From an uncultured Acidimicrobiales bacterium (lineage in GTDB: Bacteria; Actinomycetota; Acidimicrobiia; Acidimicrobiales; SZUA-35), in assembly GCA_937976305.1 (NCBI GenBank), contig CALJSB010000030.1, positions 1 through 42,383 on the forward strand: a DNA stretch of 42,383 nt. The letters are read 5' to 3'. Shown one piece after another: positions 35,936 through 42,383 of the stretch. The notes under the pieces are model-generated. The model had not been told where the DNA came from, made no database searches, and saw nothing but the letters and a program-made list of their open reading frames with translations. Both the position numbers and the translations under genes were made by a program. Positions within the stretch are counted from its first letter, which is position 1. The number at the start of each line of letters is the position of its first letter.

Positions 35936-36532
35936 CTACGAGGCAGGCTCGTTGTCTGGCCACCAAAACGAGAATTCGACCATCCAGCGTTCGTCGAACG
36001 CTCTGCGGTCGATGATGGTGATGTACGCCTCGTAGCGGCGCACGATGTCGGTGCTTCCGACCTCTTGCGCCGTTCCGCCTGCGATGTCGCCCATGGTGAC
36101 GGCACCGGTGTTGTTGGTCGAGGTAACGAGCAACGCTCGGCGATCGGTACTTGGCTCGCCAGCAAAGAACTCGTCGATCGGTTCGCGTTCGTAGGTGAAG
36201 GCGGCGGCGTCGGCCCAGGACGAGACGATGTCGAGGACCTCGTCGGTCGACACGTCGAACTCGGCAAATCTGACGGCCCGCAACGTGTCGGTGTTCGTTG
36301 CTGGATCGGTCACGATGGGGCGGACCTGTTCGGCGGTCAGGGTCACGGAGAACTCGGCGTCCATGATGATCGTGACGGTCGAGTCGTAGTAGGTCTGCGG
36401 TACGTCGCTGAAACTGTCGTCGGCGATGATCGACTGTTGCCCTTCTGAGAAGTCCCAGGTGGCAACGACCGAGGGCCGTGATGAGCAGGCCGCCGCCAAC
36501 AGGCACACGAGCAACCCGACTCGCTTCACCAC
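35936..36532 (-). CDS. hypothetical lipoprotein
   Basis: GTG start. Signal plus lipobox VKRVGLLVCLLAAACSS. The listed ORF is over-extended upstream. Stop lies 11 bp from the giant gene stop, and the start overlaps the ilvA-like stop. Confidence 0.6.
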   Translation of the reverse strand: MVKRVGLLVCLLAAACSSRPSVVATWDFSEGQQSIIADDSFSDVPQTYYDSTVTIIMDAEFSVTLTAEQVRPIVTDPATNTDTLRAVRFAEFDVSTDEVLDIVSSWADAAAFTYEREPIDEFFAGEPSTDRRALLVTSTNNTGAVTMGDIAGGTAQEVGSTDIVRRYEAYITIIDRRAFDERWMVEFSFWWPDNEPAS

Positions 36533-37725
36533 TCGAGCAACTTCGCGCTGATGCCAGCGTCGATCAGCTTCTGCAGAACCGTTTCGGCATGGGCTCGGTC
36601 GAGCGTGTCGATGCGCAGCTCGAGGATGGCGCTGCGGGCACCGGTTGAGCCGAGACCATCGTGATCGACCTGCACCACGTTTGCTGCGGCGTCGGAGATC
36701 ACCTTCGAAACAAGGGCGAGCCCGCCGGGTGTGTCGTCGAGTTCGACCCACACGCGGTTGAGGCGTCCCTGATTGGCAAGGCCTCGGACGGCGACCACTG
36801 AAAGGGTGCGGGGGTCGATGTTGCCGCCACACAGCACCAGGCCGACCTTCTTGCCGGCGAATCGGTCGCTGTGTTGCATACAGGCGGCGAGCGCGGCAGC
36901 GCCCGCCCCTTCGACGACGGTTTTTTCGATCTCGAGCAACATGGCGATTGACTCTTCGATTGCCGCCTCGGTGACCACAAGCATCTCGACGTCGTGCTCA
37001 GCCAAGATGGCGCTCGTGAGCTTGCCCGGTTGGGTGACGGCGATGCCGTCGGCCACGGTTGATCCGGCAACGGCGGTCGTTGCTCTGCCAGCAAGAAGAT
37101 CGGCCATTGATGGATAGCGCTCGGTCTGGACACCGATGACGTCGACGGGTGTGTCGTGTGCTGCTGCGGCCACGGCTAAGCCAGAGGCCAGCCCGCCACC
37201 ACCAACAGCAGCAACGATGACGTCGAGATCGGGTTGCTGGTCGAGCATCTCGACTCCGAGGGTTCCTTGCCCGGCGATCACAACCTCGTCATCGAAGGGA
37301 TGGATGAACTCGAGGTCGCGCTCGATCGCCAGCTCTCTTGCTCGTACGGCAGATTCCATCACGTCGGCTCCGGCCAACTCGACGGTGGCCCCGAGGTCAC
37401 GAGTTCGTGCCACCTTCACGAATGGTGTGTTGTCGGGCATCACGATCGTGGTCTCAATACCGAGCAGGGTTCCGTGGTGGGCCACACCTTGGGCGTGGTT
37501 CCCGGCCGACATGGCGATGACGCCGCGACCCGGTTTGACATCGAGCAGCCGGTTACGGGCCCCTCGACCCTTGAACGAGCCGGTGTACTGAAGGTTCTCA
37601 AACTTCAGGTAGAGCTCGGTCCCTGCAATTTCTGAGAGGGTCTGGCAGTGGTTCAGCGGTGTCTCGATGAGCGCTCCAGCGATTCGATCGCGAGCACGCA
37701 GAATGTCGTCGATGGAGACGGTCAT
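36526..37725 (-). CDS. ilvA: threonine ammonia-lyase (threonine dehydratase), PLP-dependent
   Basis: PLP lysine motif FENLQYTGSFKGRGA, glycine-rich loop (AAVGGGGLASG), and a C-terminal regulatory-like domain. ATG at 37725 (MTVSIDDIL). Confidence 0.85.
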   Translation of the reverse strand: MTVSIDDILRARDRIAGALIETPLNHCQTLSEIAGTELYLKFENLQYTGSFKGRGARNRLLDVKPGRGVIAMSAGNHAQGVAHHGTLLGIETTIVMPDNTPFVKVARTRDLGATVELAGADVMESAVRARELAIERDLEFIHPFDDEVVIAGQGTLGVEMLDQQPDLDVIVAAVGGGGLASGLAVAAAAHDTPVDVIGVQTERYPSMADLLAGRATTAVAGSTVADGIAVTQPGKLTSAILAEHDVEMLVVTEAAIEESIAMLLEIEKTVVEGAGAAALAACMQHSDRFAGKKVGLVLCGGNIDPRTLSVVAVRGLANQGRLNRVWVELDDTPGGLALVSKVISDAAANVVQVDHDGLGSTGARSAILELRIDTLDRAHAETVLQKLIDAGISAKLLEW

Positions 37726-37755
37726 TGCGCCGAGGCTAGCCAGCCCCAGGAGCGG

Positions 37756-38454
37756 GCCATGACCAGCCAGCGGCCATGGGCCAAGCCAACGACGGTAAAC
37801 ACAGTGTTGGCGCCAACCAGGCATGCTCTAGGCGTGACTACAACCGGAGCCATCAAGGCCGTCATCTTCGACATGGGCGGGGTGCTCGTCGAGCTCGGTC
37901 CGCTGACCGAGATCCTGGGCGACAACGCCTCACTCAGCGAGCAGGAGTTCTGGAATCGCTGGTTGGCCAGCCCATCGGTGCGGGCATTTGAGATGGGGGA
38001 GTGCGACGTCGAGACATTTGGAAAGCGCCTGGTCGCCGAACTCGAGGTGGCAATGACCCCCGACGAGTTCGTTCAGCGGTTTGCCGCTTGGCCCAAGGGC
38101 CTCATGCCCGGAGCAGCAGAGCTTGTTGCCTCTCTGCGAGGGCGAGTCGAGCTCGGGGTGCTGAGCAACACCAACGCGCTGCACTGGGAGCAACAGCGAG
38201 ATGGCGAGATCATGCGGTCGATGTTCGACCGGCAGTTTCTCTCCTATGAGATGGGTCTGGCCAAGCCCGACCGAGCCATCTTTGATGCGGTCGCAGCTGA
38301 ACTCGGCTGTGTCTCGTCAGAGATTCTGTTTCTCGACGACAATGAGATCAACGTCGATGGAGCGAGAGCTGCTGGCTGGCAAGCCGAAGTGACCAAGGGT
38401 GTCGACGCCGCCGCCGCCGCGGTTGCCGATTTCGTTGAGAGCTACTCGACGTAG
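37756..38454 (+). CDS. HAD-superfamily hydrolase
   Basis: Motif I VIFDMGGVL and motif IV LFLDDNEINVDGA. Start chosen at the internal ATG (MTSQRPW); the listed ORF begins at 37648. Confidence 0.75.
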   Translation, partial: AMTSQRPWAKPTTVNTVLAPTRHALGVTTTGAIKAVIFDMGGVLVELGPLTEILGDNASLSEQEFWNRWLASPSVRAFEMGECDVETFGKRLVAELEVAMTPDEFVQRFAAWPKGLMPGAAELVASLRGRVELGVLSNTNALHWEQQRDGEIMRSMFDRQFLSYEMGLAKPDRAIFDAVAAELGCVSSEILFLDDNEINVDGARAAGWQAEVTKGVDAAAAAVADFVESYST

Positions 38455-39101
38455 ACGCCGCGGCGAGTGGTGAGCGTGGTGCCTCCGGGGCAGTTGAACT
38501 GTTCCAGCACTGCGCCCTCCATTGTTTCTACGTCTTGGGCCGATGCCGCGACGCTCACGGATTGGCCGCGCTCTGCAGGGGCGGTGTCGGAGAGTACTTC
38601 TGACTCGCCCCCGTATCCGAGGCTGGAAACGTTGAACGTACACGTGGCCTTGAGCGCCTCAATAGCATCTGAGCAGGGTGCAACGGCATCGGTGATCTCG
38701 ACCGATCCGCTGATTCCAACGTCGGGGCAACCCAGCGCGCTGCCATCTGCGGGGATCGAAGCCGGCGTCACAGGGCTCCTTCGAGTTGAGTCTCCACCCG
38801 TAGACGTATCGGCGGGTGCCTCGGTGGAGTCGCCTGTGCTGGCTTCTGTAGTACCCCGGGGAGTGGTGCGTACCGGGCAGTCGCTGCCCGAACAAAGCAA
38901 CATATTCGGCGACGCTGTTGGCAACAGTGGCATTGCGGCTTCTTGTTCAGCCTCCGCGGCGGCGCCGAGCTCGGTGACAATCGTTGTTTCAGCGGTCATC
39001 AAGACCGTCTGCACCGCGAGGACAGCCAATGCCGCCCCGATTGCCAACCACATGCCAACGCCAATGCGCTGCGCCAATCCCGCCGTGTTCCCGTCCCGCA
39101 T
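38442..39101 (-). CDS. membrane-anchored secreted hypothetical protein (Ser/Thr-rich linker, Cys-containing C-terminal domain)
   Basis: N-terminal TM/signal (MWLAIGAALAVLAVQTVLM), a T/S/A/E-rich low-complexity segment, and 8 Cys in the C-terminal 130 aa. Confidence 0.5.
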   Translation of the reverse strand: MRDGNTAGLAQRIGVGMWLAIGAALAVLAVQTVLMTAETTIVTELGAAAEAEQEAAMPLLPTASPNMLLCSGSDCPVRTTPRGTTEASTGDSTEAPADTSTGGDSTRRSPVTPASIPADGSALGCPDVGISGSVEITDAVAPCSDAIEALKATCTFNVSSLGYGGESEVLSDTAPAERGQSVSVAASAQDVETMEGAVLEQFNCPGGTTLTTRRGVYVE

Positions 39102-39189
39102 TCCACTAACCCTAGGGGGTCGAACGGCCTCTGTCACTCAGGGAGTGTTACCCACACTTTAGGTGGTTGTTGCGCTGCAAAGCGTGGGG

Positions 39190-39963
39190 TCAGGTCGCAG
39201 ACCAGCCACCGTCATATCCAACGGTCTGACCGGTCTGGAAACGGCTCGTGCCGTCCAGGAAAATGCCGCAGAAATCAGCAAATTCCTCCATCGTGCCGAG
39301 CCGTTTCATTGGCACTGCGGCTTCGATGCGAGCCCGCACGGCTGGGTCGTCTGCTCCGGTGGCGGCCCGGAATCCATCGAAGTCCATGAAGTTCGTGCCG
39401 ACCGCGTTCACCTGCACGCCGCTCGACGCGACCTCGGCGGCGACGTTCTTCACCAGCATGTTGGCGGCGGCGCGCGTCGCCGAATACAGCGATGCGTTCG
39501 GAGCGACCTTTAAGCCCGTTGCGCTCGTGATGGCAAGCATCTGACCTGCGCCGGCTTCGACCATCGGCGGTAGGAAGACCCGAAGCGCTCGGTAGACGGC
39601 CTCCAGGTTGCCGTTGACCACGGTGGCGAGATCGTCGGCCGACGATTCGAGAAAGCGACCGGTGACAATCGTGCCGCTGAAGAACACGACGGAGTCGACC
39701 CGGCCGTAGGCGTCCATGGCCATGTCGAGCAGGCGAGGTGCGGCGGTGGGTTCGGCAATGTCAGCGACGCCGTCAACCACCCAGCTGTTGGCACCGAGCT
39801 CATCGACAGCAGCGACAACCTCGTCGGTCGGGTCGCCCAGCACGAGATCAAAGCCTCGCTTCGCCAACATCGTCGCCAACGACGGTCCGACATAGTGGCG
39901 AGCGTTGGTAACGATGGCGACCGGGTTTGGGCCCGTGTCGCGGCTCGATGTGGTGTCGCTCAC
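39190..39963 (-). CDS. SDR-family oxidoreductase
   Basis: Rossmann N-terminus (VAIVTNARHYVGPSLA) and the S ... YxxxK pattern (SLYSATRAAANMLVKN). Confidence 0.8.
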   Translation of the reverse strand: MSDTTSSRDTGPNPVAIVTNARHYVGPSLATMLAKRGFDLVLGDPTDEVVAAVDELGANSWVVDGVADIAEPTAAPRLLDMAMDAYGRVDSVVFFSGTIVTGRFLESSADDLATVVNGNLEAVYRALRVFLPPMVEAGAGQMLAITSATGLKVAPNASLYSATRAAANMLVKNVAAEVASSGVQVNAVGTNFMDFDGFRAATGADDPAVRARIEAAVPMKRLGTMEEFADFCGIFLDGTSRFQTGQTVGYDGGWSAT

Positions 39964-41603
39964 GGTAACTCGATGAGCGTGACTTTGCCGGTGTTGCCAT
40001 CGACCGAGATCTTCGCGCCATCGGGAATGGTCCGTGTTGCGTCAGTGGCTGAGACGACGCACGGAATGCCAAGCTCACGACTGACGATCACGGCATGGCT
40101 CATGGTCGCGCCGACGTCGACCACAACTGCTTCGGCGGCGAGGAACAGCGGTGTCCAACTCGGATCGGTGATCGGGGCGATGAGCACGTCACCCGGGCCG
40201 AGGTCGCGTGGGTCTGCGGGATCGAGCACGACGACGGCCTTGCCCTCGGCAATACCGGGACAGCCGGCGATGCCCTGAATCTCGGTGCCAGCCGCCAACG
40301 ACTCGGCCGCTGCACCGCGGTCTTCCCACTCGTCGAGATCGGGAATGTCGCCCTCGATGATGAAGGGCGGGATCTTGTTGCTGAGCTTCTCGTGCAGTTC
40401 GCGGCGTTCGGCGATGGTGGTCAGATAGTCGGTGGGCGTCGTGAGGTAGTGCTTGAACTCATCAGTGGTGAGGAGACACGAGTCGATCGGGTTGGCGGCG
40501 CCGCCTCGTTCGCCGGCTCGAGCCCCCAAAACTCGTTGAGCCCGTCGAGCGGACTGAATGGCACGAATGATGGTGGTCTTCGACCGCTCGCGGCCCTGGG
40601 AGTACACCGTCGTTGCCCGCAGCGCCTTGTCGAACATCAAGCGGTCGACCGGGTTGAGCTTGCCTCGAGCTTCCGCAACCGCCTGAGCCCGTTCGGACGC
40701 CAATCGTTCAGCTTGAGCGAGAGGGTCGTGGCTTGCGTCGGCGTTGCGCATGCGGTCGATGGCAGCGAGCGCGAGCTCGGGCCGATGGGCCCATGGCTCG
40801 GCTGCGATGTCCCACTCGTTGGGGCCTCGGCTTCCGAACTTGTCCAAGAACTTCTGGAACTCGGCCTGCCATTCGTCTGAGTCGGGATGATGCGATGAGT
40901 GGGCGAGATCCCACATGGCGGCCGATGGGGCGGCTGACTCGACGTCGCCGATGCCGCCGAGGATGGACACGAGCAGATCTTCGCCGTCGATCTTGACGAG
41001 GAGGTCAGACAGGGCACCGGACACAAGAGCGACACCGAAGGTGTTCTCGATATGGCGAGCAAACAGGTGGCGGAACAGTGGCTTGAACCCGACGATGTAG
41101 TCGAGCAGGTCATCGTCCGGGGCGTTCTCGCCAGGGAACTGGCCGACCCAGGCGGCGACCCGGCGCTTGTCGTCTTCGAGGTCGGGCAGGGCCTTGGTGC
41201 CGAGCAGCTTGAACACGAGCTTGCCGAGCTTTGCGGTGGCCTTGAGGTTTTTGTCGCCGGGGCGCTCGACGTAGGGGGGTGCGTCTGACTCACCGAAGAA
41301 CTGCTTGTCGATCACTTCGACCTGGCCACCCGGGGCTCGTACCCCGAGGATGCGCACGTAGCTGGCGTTGATGTAGCAGTACCCGCCGAACACGCCGAGG
41401 ATGATCATGTCTTCGTCTGGCGGAAAGTCGCCATCAGCGACAAGGCCCATGCGTGTGTAGGCGTCGCGCCAGCCCCGCTCAGCCTCGAGCCCGTAGAGGT
41501 CCCAGGTGAAGGGCAGTACGACCTCGGGGAAGACCTCACCTACGTTGCCGCGGGTGTAGAGCGGCCACTTCTTCGACAGTGGATTGTCAGTTGCCCAGAT
41601 CAC
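39960..41603 (-). CDS. PEP-utilising-enzyme mobile-domain protein (putative phosphotransferase/PEP synthase-like)
   Basis: C-terminal phosphohistidine swivel domain (GATMSHAVIVSRELGIPCVVSA). N-terminal region not confidently assigned. 4-nt overlap with the downstream SDR gene. Confidence 0.6.
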   Translation of the reverse strand: MIWATDNPLSKKWPLYTRGNVGEVFPEVVLPFTWDLYGLEAERGWRDAYTRMGLVADGDFPPDEDMIILGVFGGYCYINASYVRILGVRAPGGQVEVIDKQFFGESDAPPYVERPGDKNLKATAKLGKLVFKLLGTKALPDLEDDKRRVAAWVGQFPGENAPDDDLLDYIVGFKPLFRHLFARHIENTFGVALVSGALSDLLVKIDGEDLLVSILGGIGDVESAAPSAAMWDLAHSSHHPDSDEWQAEFQKFLDKFGSRGPNEWDIAAEPWAHRPELALAAIDRMRNADASHDPLAQAERLASERAQAVAEARGKLNPVDRLMFDKALRATTVYSQGRERSKTTIIRAIQSARRAQRVLGARAGERGGAANPIDSCLLTTDEFKHYLTTPTDYLTTIAERRELHEKLSNKIPPFIIEGDIPDLDEWEDRGAAAESLAAGTEIQGIAGCPGIAEGKAVVVLDPADPRDLGPGDVLIAPITDPSWTPLFLAAEAVVVDVGATMSHAVIVSRELGIPCVVSATDATRTIPDGAKISVDGNTGKVTLIELP

Positions 41604-41714
41604 TATGGAATCTCCTCGTCAACGCCAGTCGCATGCTGCAGAGCGGTACGTCGGCCGAAGGGTAGTACCGACATCCTTGGTCCATCACGTCGAGTTGGGT
41701 GGTGTGGTGCGTCA

Positions 41715-41769
41715 GGTCTGTGCTGTCGCAGCCCGGTGGTCTGTGCTGTCGCAGCCCGGTGGTCTGTGC
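41715..41769. repeat. 23-bp direct tandem repeat (ggtctgtgctgtcgcagcccggt), about 2.4 copies, in a divergent promoter region
   Basis: Units at 41715-41737 and 41738-41760, plus a partial copy at 41761-41769. Lies between the start of the PEP-enzyme gene (41603, minus) and the unlisted plus-strand ORF at 41787. Confidence 0.7.
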
Positions 41770-41786
41770 GAGTACCGTCGTCGCTT

Positions 41787-42383
41787 GTGGAACCTGTTGA
41801 TGATCAGCTTCGCGAGCTGCTGGTCTCACATGCGCCGGTCCTGCGGTTCGACGACCGCGAGCTGTTTCACCCGGCTGCGGTCGACGAGTTTGCGGCCGCC
41901 AGCCTGCTCGAGTTCGAAGGCGAGATTCTCGGCGGCGAAGACCGACCGGTGACGCTGGCAGAGCTCGACCACCGGTGGGCACCGGGAACCAATCTGCAGT
42001 TCATCACCGATGCCGACCGACGACTGGCCGTGGGTGACGAAGCCAAGCGTTTCGCCCGCCGGCTGTTCTCACCCCGGCTTGGCCGGGTTGGGCTCTTCGG
42101 TCGGCTTCTGGATGCGCTGTTCCAGCTCAGCGTGCTCGTGCGGTCGACCTCGCCCAACCGCACCACCACTGCCGCTGCGTTGAAGTCGGCCCGACTCGGC
42201 ATCTCCGACGCTCAGCCGGTCTGCTACGGACGGGCGCTCCGTGCCGGTCCGTGGCTGGTGCTGCACTACGCCTACTTCTACGTAATGAACGACTGGCGCA
42301 CCGGCTACCGGGGGCTCAACGATCACGAGGGGGATTGGGAACAGGCCTGGGTGTTCTGCGATCCATTGACCCGAGCCCCCGTG
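41787..42383 (+). CDS. hypothetical protein, 5' part (runs off the window end; absent from the ORF track because there is no in-window stop)
   Basis: GTG at 41787, then 199 codons with no stop and very high GC3 (VEPVDDQLRELLVSHAPVLRFDD ... LHYAYFYVMNDWRTGYRGLNDHEGDWEQAWVF). Confidence 0.55.
   Translation, partial: MEPVDDQLRELLVSHAPVLRFDDRELFHPAAVDEFAAASLLEFEGEILGGEDRPVTLAELDHRWAPGTNLQFITDADRRLAVGDEAKRFARRLFSPRLGRVGLFGRLLDALFQLSVLVRSTSPNRTTTAAALKSARLGISDAQPVCYGRALRAGPWLVLHYAYFYVMNDWRTGYRGLNDHEGDWEQAWVFCDPLTRAPV

Noticed and set aside
1-42383. Search for CRISPR arrays, tRNA/rRNA genes, integrases/transposases, and toxin-antitoxin pairs
   Set aside because: No array of regularly spaced direct repeats. 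No T-loop or cloverleaf candidates in the few intergenic regions. No recombinase-like ORFs. The only repeat families are the short elements reported above.

Overview
This is a high-GC (about 65-70%) chromosomal segment that looks actinobacterial, with roughly 38 protein-coding genes packed with almost no intergenic space. I found no rRNA, tRNA or CRISPR array. Housekeeping genes sit at the left end (clpP, rpe, an RlmD-like RNA methyltransferase, pyk). The rest is mostly an accessory-looking mix of transporters, oxidoreductases, regulators and secreted or lipoproteins. Three things stand out. (1) A tightly coupled three-gene operon at 27700-35924: an NfeD-like membrane protein, a flotillin/SPFH protein, and an 1849-aa protein with a C-terminal AAA_5 (MoxR/dynein-like) ATPase module and a Pro/Lys-rich tail. 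This is my best candidate for an undescribed membrane-scaffold plus AAA+ system. (2) Two separate genes are interrupted by a single in-frame TGA that falls exactly at a redox Cys position. One is an AhpD/carboxymuconolactone-decarboxylase-like protein (CxxU where the family has CxxC). The other is a selenoprotein-B-like protein (UxxC). Each TGA is followed 11-13 nt downstream by a hairpin, so both are candidate selenoproteins with bacterial SECIS-like elements. (3) A family of short repeats ending in stem-loops occupies two different convergent gene junctions, in four copies. Further observations are a low-GC non-coding island upstream of pyk carrying a perfect 18-bp palindrome and a roughly 95-bp inverted-repeat element, a SoxR-box-like palindrome immediately upstream of soxR, an FHA/winged-helix regulator next to a Ser/Thr kinase, paralogous secreted DUF4214 proteins, and 23-bp tandem repeats in a divergent promoter region. 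All calls rest on reading the translations and the nucleotide sequence; no database searches were run.
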